DNA of 64,000 nt from an uncultured Verrucomicrobiae bacterium (GTDB taxonomy: Bacteria > Verrucomicrobiota > Verrucomicrobiia > Chthoniobacterales > UBA10450). The DNA lies in NCBI GenBank assembly GCA_963726745.1, contig CAVSDR010000006.1, positions 672,001 through 736,000 of the forward strand, given 5' to 3'. The position numbers and the translations under genes were made by a program. Within the stretch, counting starts at the first letter, position 1; every line of letters starts with the position of its first letter. Shown here in pieces: positions 46,901 to 56,314 of this stretch. The notes beneath the pieces are model-generated. The model searched no databases, was not told the origin of the DNA, and saw nothing but the letters and a program-made list of their open reading frames with translations.

Positions 46901-49563
46901 TCCCGTTGAAATGCGGCACTTGAAAAGTAGTCAGCATTTTGGTTTTGCGCGCGACCTCGGCGGCGCCGGTGGGAAACACGCTCGGCTGGCCGGTCTTGAA
47001 GATGCCGATCTTATACCGCAACGTCCCTGCGGGTTTCGCGATGCTGGCGGCGCCCCACCAGTTGCCGTTGTCGGCCGTATTCGGCGCCTGGTAATTCATC
47101 TCCGCGGCCTTCGTCGTGCCCAGGCCAACGCCGCCGGCGCCTTCGGGATTCGAACCGTCGCTGGTGTAGTAGAAGAACATCCGAAAACCGCCGCCGACGG
47201 AATCCGTCTTCGCGTAAACCGTAACCGTCGCGCCGTTGTCGGTGAAACTGTTTCGCGGGATGGGTGCCACTCCAGGTTCCAAAGTCTCCGTTCGGGTCGT
47301 GGTAGACGAAGACGGCGGCGGCGGCATCCTGCGGGTTGGTGCCGTTGCCATTGATCGTGGGCGCACCGGCGGTGTAGGTCTCGGCCCCGCCGAACCAAAG
47401 GTGCAGCGCGCGGTATTGATTGCGGCAAACTTCTCCGGGCCCTGGCGATCGATGTAGGCGGCCTGCTCGTAGCCGGTGAAAACATCCGTCGTCAGGCCGG
47501 GCGGCTGGTCGCGTTTGCCGACGGGATCGCTTGTCGGCCCGGTGCCGTTCAAATCGACGCCGCCATCGAGCGCGAGAAGAACATTCTCAGCCGAGCCGTC
47601 CACGCGCGCGACGAAAGAAAGGTCGCTGGCGTCCGTGATCCGCGGGACGGTGTAAGGATAGGAGTAGCTCCCGGGAACGGCGCCCGCGATCCCATAAGGA
47701 TTGAAGTTGGGATCGCCGTCCGGCCCGTCGGTGCGCAGGTAGGTCAACGTGCTCGTGGGTTGGCCGTTTTGCAGGATGGTGAGCGGTGCACCACCGCCGC
47801 CGGCCCAGAGCGTGGAAGGATCGGGATTCTTCCAGGAGAAGGCAAAGTAACCACCGGGCGGGACCAGGGTGGAGCCGTTGACGATGTTGCTGGCGTATTG
47901 GTAGAAGCCGCCGCCAAAGGCCGAGTAATTGTAGAGGTAAGCGTCGCTCCCGCCGGCGGTGTGGGGAAAGCTGGTGTTGAAAGTGCGGCCGAGGCCGTTG
48001 GCGAAGTTGTCGTTTAAAAGGAAAAGCAGGGTCACGCCATCGGCGTCGCTCATGCTGGGGTTCTCGCGCTTGTCGATCCGCTCGTAGGCGACGACATCAT
48101 TGTCGCTCCAGCGCCCGACCTGGGTGCCGCGAGCAAACTGGTTGTGGATGTAGAGCAGATTGGGAATTTTGTTGTCGCCGAATTGCCCCAGGAAATTGGT
48201 GTTCGCATGGCGCGGAAAAGCGCCGCCGCTTTCGCCTAGAGTTTGCGCCTGGTGATTGCCGTCGGTGTAGATCAAGCCAATGCCGGCGCGGGTAAAATAG
48301 AGCGCATGCTGAAGCTCGCGGCGGGAAGCGTAATCGTTGTCGTGACTCTGCGCGTGCGTGACCGCGAGACTGCTGGCAAAGCCATAGCTACCGTCGCTAT
48401 CCAAGCCGCCAAGGGTCGCGCTCGGGTTACCGAGAATATTGTTAAGGTTATTGCGCAGGACGTTATCCACCAGCCGCATGCCGACATTGAAGTAATCGCC
48501 ATAAGGTGGCGGCTCGCCGAGGTGCTCGCCGAACATCATCGCATTATGGCGCGGCTTCTCGGTGTCGAAGACCGACTCGCGCAGGTTCACGTTGGCGCCT
48601 TGGGGAGTGGAATTGAAACGCGAGTCGTTGAAGCCGCGAGTGAGATTATATTGCCGCTGCGCCTGCCCGAGGTAGCCGTAGTCGTTGTAGTCCTTGTCTG
48701 CGCCGTAGCTCGCGCCGAAGAAGTCGTAACGCACGTGCTTGACTGCATCGAGGCGCAGCCCATCGGCCTTGGTGCGATCCAGTAGCCAGCGGGCCGAGCG
48801 GTTGAGCATCTCCTCCACACGTTCGGAGTAGAAGGCGGAATTAGCCGACAAGATGGCGGCGGTAATCCCGTTGTTCGGGCCGAAGCCGACGTAGCTGCCA
48901 TCCGGCTTGATAGCAGTAGTATTCGGGATTGTTCGGATGGCGGACGAATTTGATCTTCTGGAAGGTGCTGCCTTCGGTATAGCCGAAGTTTTCATTCGTC
49001 GCGCCGGGCTCCTGCGCGATGTCGATCAAGTCGGCCAGGCCCAGATGCTGCACCTGCCAGGCGCTGTTCCAATCGCGGGTGTTATCCCATTTGCGATAGA
49101 AACCCTCCTGCGTCAGGCGCAGGTGGAAATCCTCCGGGACGAAGCCGGGATAGACATCGATCGGGGTGGAGGCGTTGTAGCCCGGCACGTCGAACGCATT
49201 ATGGTTCATGATGTTGTCGAGGTAGACGCGAATGCCGAAGCGGTGCGCGATCTCGATCATGCGCAGGAGCTCGGCCTCGGTGCCATAGCGGGTGCGGACG
49301 GAGCCGCGTTGATCCTTGCTTCCGAGGTCAAAGCGATCCCACAAATCGTAACCCACGGAGAGGCCGCCGGAACCTTTCGTCGGCGGCGGCACCCAGATGG
49401 AATCGTAACCGGCTTCCGCGAGCTCCGGCATCTTCTGCGCGATCTCGTTCCAGTCGGTGTTGAAATACTGGATCATGGCCTCGCCGTGGAGCGTGACCTG
49501 TCCGCAGAGCGCAAGAATCGCGCAGGCGAGGAGGACACGAAATCCGACGGGGCGAGACATCAT
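40980..49563 (-). CDS. ~2860-aa secreted GH13 alpha-amylase fused to a GH57-like module; frameshift near 48910 and a compensating pair near 47390/47250
   Basis: GH13 motifs GYDLWDRFDLG, RYGT, DNIMNH, DGLRLDAVKH, FGEH, SHDND. GH57-like motifs HGNQ, DLLGSTFSDH, WTPERV. DVDLDGEDEY..ND segment. Multiple DxDGDG Ca-repeats. Confidence 0.82.
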
Positions 49564-49688
49564 GAAGGGAACGTGAGACGGGTGAGAGAGACCGACGACG
49601 GATAACCCCTTCTGACGTGGCACTATCCTACCGCGATTACGAAAATAATTCGCGTGATTTCTGCCAAGGGGTTTTGTACAGTTCAAGG

Positions 49689-50772
49689 GTGGAAAAGGGG
49701 CCGACGATCCGCGACGTCGCACGCGCCGCGGGCGTCGGGGCGTCGACCGTTTCCCTCGCGCTGCGGAACGATCCGCGCCTGCGCCCTGCGATGCGCGAGC
49801 ACGTGCAAAAGATCGCCGCCGAGCTGGGGTACCGTCCGAACGCGACCTTGGCCAGCTTGATGACGCAACTGCGGGCGAGCCGGACCACAGGCTACCAGGC
49901 CACGCTGGCTTTTCTAAACGCGTCCGAGAACGAACGCATCCTGCGCGAGATCCCGACCTTTCGCGAGTGGACGCGCGGGGCGCTCCGGCGCGCGGCCGAA
50001 CTCGGCTACGCCGTGGATTTTTTTTGGCTCCAGAAACCGGGGCTTACGCCGACGCGCCTCCGGGAAATCCTGCAAGCGCGCGGGATCCACGGCGTGATCT
50101 TGGCCGCCCTCCAGAGCAACGGATCTTTACCGGCGGGCTACGATGATTTTTGGCCGCACTTTTCCAGCGTGGTCTTGGGAATGCGGCCGACGTCTCCTTC
50201 GTTGCACTTCGCGGCGAATGACCAATTTTCGACCGGCCGCCTGGCCGCGGAGAACGCCTTAAAGCTTGGCTACACGCGCCCGGGCCTGGTCCTTTCCTCG
50301 AGGATCGACCAATGGCTGGAGCGGCGTTTCAGCGCCGGTTTCCGGGCAGGACTTCCGGAGGGCGACGGAAACGTATTTGCCGCCGTTTTCTTTTTCACTC
50401 AAAGCCAGCCAAGCCTTCCACCAGTGGGTCGCAACCTACGAACCGGAGGTCATCGTGACGCTGCATGCGGAAGTGAAAGCCTGGCTCGAAGCGATGGGGC
50501 GGCAGATTCCACGGGACATCGGGCTGATCCACCTCGACCGCGGCGAGGACTTGGTCGACTGGGCCGGCTTGAACCAGAACAGCGAATGCGTGGGCGCGGC
50601 TGCTACCGATGTGGTCGTGGGTCAATTGCACCGGGGCGACGTGGGTGTCCCGGAGTTTTCCAAGGCCATCCTCGTCCAGAGCACCTGGGTGCCGGGCGCG
50701 ACAGTGCGCTTCCAGGAAAGCAAAAAGCCCCGCTTGCGGCGGGGCTTTTCGAAAACTGAACTCGCTGGCTAA
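49689..50772 (+). CDS. LacI family transcriptional regulator, frameshift near 50360
   Basis: PTIRDVARAAGVGASTVSLALRN helix-turn-helix, LGYRPN; C-terminus in ORF 50266..50772; divergent from the amylase genes. Confidence 0.9.
50723..50749 (-). terminator. Rho-independent (possibly bidirectional) terminator
   Basis: AAAAGCCCCGC-TTGCG-GCGGGGCTTTT just downstream of the minus-strand PEP-CTERM gene, inside the lacI 3' end. Confidence 0.8.
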
Positions 50773-50773
50773 A

Positions 50774-51412
50774 TTAGCCGACGCGACGGCGACGGATGAA
50801 GAACCAAGCCCCGAGCACTCCCGGGCCGGCGAGAAGCGCGAGGCTGGAGGGCTCCGGCACCACGGTGAAAGTCGCGGTGTAATTCGCACCGCCGTTGTTG
50901 TTGAAGATCGTCGGCGAGGCATTCACCCCATTGGTCGAGATCAGCGAGAATAATTCCAGCGTATAGGTCCCGGGGGTGAAGCCCGCGAGACTAATGTTGA
51001 TCGCGCCGTTACTGGCGTTGGCTCCCTCAACATTGGTGCCCCACTGCTGGTCACCAGGGCTATTGAGATTCCCGGGCGCACCCGCGTCGCCGCTGTTCCA
51101 TTGGAAGGAGTAATTGACCACGTTAAAGGTCCCGCTCGGCGTTCCCTGCCAGATCCGCCAATCGAGCTGATGACCGGTCACGTCCGTGCCGGTGTTCTTG
51201 TAGGACTTCTGCTGGCCGCCGAGGGATAGCGAACTCGCGGTGCCGAAGCTGCCAAGGAAGGATCCTTGATAGTCGGGATTCACCGTGGCGGCACCCAAAT
51301 CATAAAAAGTGCCGTTGACGATCGCGAACGGGTCGTAGATGCCGGCGTCGCCGAAGGCCACGCTGCCTGTGACCACAACTGCAAAGAGGGGAAGAAGAAG
51401 TTTTTTGAACAT
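50774..51412 (-). CDS. PEP-CTERM sorting-domain protein
   Basis: Signal peptide MFKKLL..; ends VPEPSSLALLAGPGVLGAWFFIRRRRVG. Confidence 0.92.
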   Translation of the reverse strand: MFKKLLLPLFAVVVTGSVAFGDAGIYDPFAIVNGTFYDLGAATVNPDYQGSFLGSFGTASSLSLGGQQKSYKNTGTDVTGHQLDWRIWQGTPSGTFNVVNYSFQWNSGDAGAPGNLNSPGDQQWGTNVEGANASNGAINISLAGFTPGTYTLELFSLISTNGVNASPTIFNNNGGANYTATFTVVPEPSSLALLAGPGVLGAWFFIRRRRVG

Positions 51413-51554
51413 AGATTTAATGAAGCTCGACTTGATAGGGAGCATGGGTGATTCGCATCGCGCGGTCAAGCGTGCCGTCTCGATCAAGCCATCCTTTCGT
51501 TGCACGGTTCAATCAGCCCCGCGCGTTGCTCGAGAAGATCGTGGCCCAGCGAGA

Positions 51555-52301
51555 TTAACCCTTCCGTCGGCGAGCCAACACGCCCAAGAGGAGGGGTGCG
51601 CTCAGGAGCACAATCGTCGAGGGCTCCGGGACGGTCACAAAGTTAGTGGCCATCGCTGCGTTGCGAGCAAAGTTGCCATTGCCGTCGCCAGCGGTGCCAC
51701 TGAGGCCGTTGCCGATCGACTCGTTCGAACGATAAGCATCATTCGCATTGAGGTAACTGGTAGTGATCTTGAAAGTGTTTCCTGCCGTCAAACCGATATC
51801 ACCGAGAGAAAACGAAAAAGTGTAGGTCGGCGCCGTCGTGTTGTTGTTCGGCGTCAACATCAAATCGGCGACAAAAGGCAGATTCGTTGGATCAGACAGG
51901 CTCCAAAGACCGCCAAACTGCGCAGGACCAACTGCCAGGGCAATCGCGAAGTCCGCTTGGAAACCTGCAGCAAAGCTCAGGGTCGAACGGTCCGTTCCAT
52001 TGAAGCCCGAAATCATCTTGCGGTTATAATCAGCGTTCATTCCGGTATCAGTCAGCGAGCTGGTATCGGTCAATCCGCCGGCGATCGAATCAATGTAGAT
52101 GACGAAACCGTCGTTGAATCCACCGCCCGTCCCACGGGTAAAAGTGCCGGTCACCGATGTGCCAGAGACATTGAAAGATAACGAGCCGCCGCCGACTGGT
52201 CCACCGAAGCCCGTCGCGCCGTTCCCGTTGAACGTCTGTCCGAGTGCGGCTCCGACGAGCGCTACTGAGATTCCAAGGAAAGTGACGAATGTTTTCTTCA
52301 T
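51555..52301 (-). CDS. PEP-CTERM sorting-domain protein
   Basis: Signal peptide MKKTF..; ends VPEPSTIVLLSAPLLLGVLARRRKG. Confidence 0.92.
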   Translation of the reverse strand: MKKTFVTFLGISVALVGAALGQTFNGNGATGFGGPVGGGSLSFNVSGTSVTGTFTRGTGGGFNDGFVIYIDSIAGGLTDTSSLTDTGMNADYNRKMISGFNGTDRSTLSFAAGFQADFAIALAVGPAQFGGLWSLSDPTNLPFVADLMLTPNNNTTAPTYTFSFSLGDIGLTAGNTFKITTSYLNANDAYRSNESIGNGLSGTAGDGNGNFARNAAMATNFVTVPEPSTIVLLSAPLLLGVLARRRKG

Positions 52302-52440
52302 ATGCTGATACCCGATTGCCGCTGCTGTAATGCCGAGTTTGCGAAAGACCGTCAACGAAATTTCCGATGTTCTTTCCACCAGCACTCAAGAGGTGGCCGA
52401 TAGCGCTTCCCCCGACGCACGGCCGCTGTAAACTAACCCC

Positions 52441-53460
52441 ATGGAATCCTTCACCCTCGTGGGCGGTGCGATCATTGCGATCCTCGTCTTCGTTTTCGTC
52501 ATCATCCTTTTCAACTTCTTTGGCCTCTGGCTGCGCGCCAAGATCGCCAACGCTCCGGTCAGCCTCGGCAAAATGATCGGCATGCGCCTCCGAAAAGTGC
52601 CCGTCGGCTTGATCGTCGATAACCGCATTACCGCGGTCAAAGCCGGGATCGATGTCCCGAGCGATCCGCTCGAGGCGCACTACCTCGCGGGCGGCGATGT
52701 CGGGCATGTGATCCTGGCCCTGATTGCGGCCGACAAGGCGGGCATCTCGCTCGATTTCAACCGCGCCTGCGCGATCGACCTCGCGACCAAGGGCACCGGC
52801 AAAACCGTCCTCGAGGCGGTGCGCACGAGCATCAATCCTAAGGTGATCGATTGCCCGAACCCGGCGATGGGTCGTCCGACAATCGATGGCGTGGCGCAGG
52901 ATGGCATCGGCGTGAAGGTGAAAGCGCGCGTCACCGTGCGCTCGCACCTGGACCGCTTCGTCGGCGGTGCGACCGAGGAGACGATCATTGCGCGCGTCGG
53001 CGAGGGCATCGTCAGTTCGATCGGCTCGGCTCCGTCCTATAAGGAGGTGCTGGAAAATCCCGACCGCATCTCGAAGACCGTCCTCGCCAAGGGCCTCGAT
53101 AGCGGGACCGCCTTTGAAATTCTCTCGATCGACATTGCCGACGTCGACGTGGGCGAAAACATCGGCGCGAAACTCCAGGCCGAGCAGGCCGATGCCGACA
53201 AGCGTGTCGCCCAGGCGAAAGCCGAAGTGCGCCGCGCCGCCGCGGTCGCGGTCGAGCAGGAAATGCGCGCCAAGACCCAGGAGCAGCGCGCCAAGGTGGT
53301 GGAAGCCGAGGCGCAGGTGCCGCTGGCGATGGCCGACGCCTTCCGCTCGGGGAACTTCGGGATCATGGACTACGTGCGGATGAAAAATGTCCAGGCCGAT
53401 ACGAACATGCGGGAAAACATCGCCACCGGCGAAAAAACGCGCACCGAATCGCAGAATTAG
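52441..53460 (+). CDS. floA: Flotillin-like protein FloA (YqfA)
   Basis: [50 protein letters not shown] motifs. Confidence 0.93.
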   Translation: MESFTLVGGAIIAILVFVFVIILFNFFGLWLRAKIANAPVSLGKMIGMRLRKVPVGLIVDNRITAVKAGIDVPSDPLEAHYLAGGDVGHVILALIAADKAGISLDFNRACAIDLATKGTGKTVLEAVRTSINPKVIDCPNPAMGRPTIDGVAQDGIGVKVKARVTVRSHLDRFVGGATEETIIARVGEGIVSSIGSAPSYKEVLENPDRISKTVLAKGLDSGTAFEILSIDIADVDVGENIGAKLQAEQADADKRVAQAKAEVRRAAAVAVEQEMRAKTQEQRAKVVEAEAQVPLAMADAFRSGNFGIMDYVRMKNVQADTNMRENIATGEKTRTESQN

Positions 53461-53492
53461 CCGGCAACTTCTCCCGCGCCTAACGAGTCCTC

Positions 53493-54102
53493 ATGGAGCA
53501 AATCTTCTTCATCGCCCTGGTCGCGATCGTCGGCCTGGTGCGCTGGCTGGCGCAGAACGCCGAGAACAAAAGGAACGAGGCCCAGGCCACGAAGGAAAAG
53601 CCCGCCTCGGCCGCGCCCCTCGCCCGGCCCGCGGGCCAAACCGAGGAAGAGCGCGTGCGCAAATTCTTCGAGGCGCTCGGCGTTCCGCCTACCTCCGCGC
53701 CCCCGGCGCAGCCGTCGCGCCGCCGCGAGATCAAGCCGCAGGTGCAGCCGGCTGCCGAAACGCCGCTTCCAGCCGATCGATCCCTTTCCGGTCCCGCGCA
53801 CCGCTGCCGTCCCGCGCCCGGTCGTCGTCGTTCCCACCCCGTTCCCGGCGCCGATCGCCGCGGATTTGCCGAAAGCCGCCCGCGCTCCCTTGGCCCCTGC
53901 CATCTTTGAGGTGCGCGAGAGCGACGAGGTCGAAGCCGAAACTCACCGTTCCACCCCCACGGTTGCGCGGCCAGTCCGCGCGGCCCAGAGCTGGACCGAT
54001 CGCCTGGCGACCCCTGCCGGCCTGCGCGATGCCATCGTCCTGCGCGAGATCTTCGGCCCGCCGCGCAGCCTCCAGTCGCTCGACGGCCACTCGTTAGGCT
54101 AA
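53493..54102 (+). CDS. Membrane-anchored Pro/Ala-rich floA companion (YqfB-like), frameshifted
   Basis: N-terminal TM; C-terminal LRDAIVLREIFGPPRSL in a second frame. Confidence 0.6.
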
Positions 54103-54106
54103 ATCG

Positions 54107-56314
54107 CTAGAGCGCGCGCACGCGGATACGCACCTCCCGGCGTTGGCCGGTCTTGGTGTCGGTCACGCTCAGCCGGTGCTCGCCCTCTTCGCCGAGGGCA
54201 AAGTCGCGGCCGTTTTCGTTCGTTAGGCGGAGCGAGGCGCTCTCCCAGCGCACGGCTTCCCCGCCGCTGGCCCCGAGCGGAATCCGCCGGCTCGAAGGCA
54301 CGTCGGGATCGAGCAGGTAAACCGCGTCTGGCAACGGCGAGACGATCCGAAATTCCTCGCCCAGCACCGCGCGCGCCCCCAGGAAATTCTCCGCACTCGC
54401 AAACCAGTCCGCATAATCAGCCGGCAACTTCACCCGCCCGCCCGCGTCGTAATCTTCCGCCGCCGCCAGCCCTGGCCGTTGCCCGGCGACGAATTTTTCC
54501 CGCACCCCACCGGCCGCGTTTTCCGCGAGCACCTTGCCGGTCAAAGGATCGATCTGCCGCTCGACCAAACCCGCCGGCGGCGCATACCAGCTCGTCCCGC
54601 GCTCCGCGTGCAATTTCTCGAAGATCGCATGCAGGATCGGCCCGGCGCCGGTCACCCCGGAGACCTCGTGCATCGGCGCGCCGTCGAAATTTCCCACCCA
54701 CACGCCGACGGTGAACTCCGGGGTGTAGCCGATCGCCCAGTTATCGCGAAAGTCGGTGCTCGTGCCGGTTTTGCAGGCTACCGGAAAATCGAAGCGCAGC
54801 GCCGAGTGAATCCCAAACGAGAGCGTGCGCGCGGCATTGTCGCTCAAGATGTCGGCTATTTGCCAGGCGAGCTCTGGCCGGGTGTAGCGCCGCGTAAACG
54901 TGGGCGCATCCGCCCGCAGGCGCCACGGCCGGTACTCGCCCAGGCGCGCCAGGCTGGCGTAAGCATTCGCGATTTCGAGCAGCCGGCCCTCGCAATTTCC
55001 CAGGGTCAGACCCAGTCCGTAAACCTCCGGCGCTTGCTCCAGACTCGTTAGGCCAACGGCTTGCAAGCGCGCCGCCAGCGCCGCCGGACCGCCGTTGGCT
55101 TGCAGCACTTTGACCGCCGGAATGTTCAGCGAACTGGCCAGCGCCGTCCGGTAAGTCACCGGCCCGTAACAACGGCGGTTGTAATTTTCTGGCCGATAAA
55201 AACCACCCGCTGCCGGGAAGCTGGCGCGCACGTCGGCCACGATCGTCGCCGGGGTCGCGCCCCGCTCGAGCGCGAGCAGATAAGTGAACGGCTTGAGCGT
55301 TGAGCCCGCGGAGCGCTTCGCCCAGGCGCCGTTCACCTGCCCGCTCCCGGGCGCGAAGTAGTCCGCCGAGCCGACGAGCGCGAGCACATCGCCACTGGCA
55401 TTGTCGAGCACGACCGCGGCGCCGTTGCGCACGTTTTGCTCGCGCAATTGCGCCAGCCGTTCCTGCAGGAGACGCTCGATCGCTTCGTTCAGCGGCAGGT
55501 CGAGCGTGGTCCGCACTTCGCCCGCGCCGGCCTCGAGCGGCTGGTTCAACAACAGGTCGGTGAAATGCGGCGCGCGGAAGCGGCGCCGCGGCGGGCGCAG
55601 GTGCAGCGGTTCCGCGGCCGCCATCTGCCAGCGCTCCCGAGACAGCCAGCCGTTCTCGTGCATCCGGCGCAGCACAAGTTGCTGTCTCTTTTGCGCGGCC
55701 GGAAGCGCGCGCTGCGGGTTGAGCTTGCGCGGATTCCGCGGCAAGCCGGCGAGGAGCGCGGCTTCCGCTTCGCTCAGGTCGCTCACGGGTTTGCCGAAGT
55801 AATAATCCGCCGCCGCGGCCAGGCCGAGGTTGAGATTGCCGAAGTCGACCCGGTTCAGGTAGGCGGCGAGGATTTGCTCCTTCGACCAGACTTGCTCGAG
55901 CCGGAGCGCGGTCAGCGCCTCGACTACTTTAGCCAGCAACGTGCGCGGGCGGCGCTGGCTAATTTTCACTAGCTGCTGCGTGATCGTCGACGCGCCGGAG
56001 GTGATGTGGCCGTGGGTGAGACCATTCGCAAGGGCGCGCGCCGTCGCCAGCCCGTCGACCCCGTGATGCGCGAAAAAGCGCTTGTCCTCGGCCGCGATGA
56101 TCGCCCGGACCACGTGCGCCGGGAGATCGGCCGCGGTGAGTTCGCGCCGGAAATGCTCCTCCGTGCGCGCCTCGCGCAGCGGCAGCCCGTTTCGATCCAG
56201 CAGCACCGTGCTCGCCCGCGGCGGCGCGACCAAAGCCGCCGGCAGCGGGAGGAAGCGCAGCGCCAGCCAGCAGGAGAGCGGCAGGACGAGCGTGCCCAGG
56301 AGAAGCCGCTTCAT
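54107..56314 (-). CDS. pbpC: Penicillin-binding protein 1C
   Basis: EDKRFF.H.GVD, SGASTITQQ, S.LK, SLN and KTGTS motifs; ATG overlaps the A2M stop (ATGA). Confidence 0.92.
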   Translation of the reverse strand: MKRLLLGTLVLPLSCWLALRFLPLPAALVAPPRASTVLLDRNGLPLREARTEEHFRRELTAADLPAHVVRAIIAAEDKRFFAHHGVDGLATARALANGLTHGHITSGASTITQQLVKISQRRPRTLLAKVVEALTALRLEQVWSKEQILAAYLNRVDFGNLNLGLAAAADYYFGKPVSDLSEAEAALLAGLPRNPRKLNPQRALPAAQKRQQLVLRRMHENGWLSRERWQMAAAEPLHLRPPRRRFRAPHFTDLLLNQPLEAGAGEVRTTLDLPLNEAIERLLQERLAQLREQNVRNGAAVVLDNASGDVLALVGSADYFAPGSGQVNGAWAKRSAGSTLKPFTYLLALERGATPATIVADVRASFPAAGGFYRPENYNRRCYGPVTYRTALASSLNIPAVKVLQANGGPAALAARLQAVGLTSLEQAPEVYGLGLTLGNCEGRLLEIANAYASLARLGEYRPWRLRADAPTFTRRYTRPELAWQIADILSDNAARTLSFGIHSALRFDFPVACKTGTSTDFRDNWAIGYTPEFTVGVWVGNFDGAPMHEVSGVTGAGPILHAIFEKLHAERGTSWYAPPAGLVERQIDPLTGKVLAENAAGGVREKFVAGQRPGLAAAEDYDAGGRVKLPADYADWFASAENFLGARAVLGEEFRIVSPLPDAVYLLDPDVPSSRRIPLGASGGEAVRWESASLRLTNENGRDFALGEEGEHRLSVTDTKTGQRREVRIRVRAL

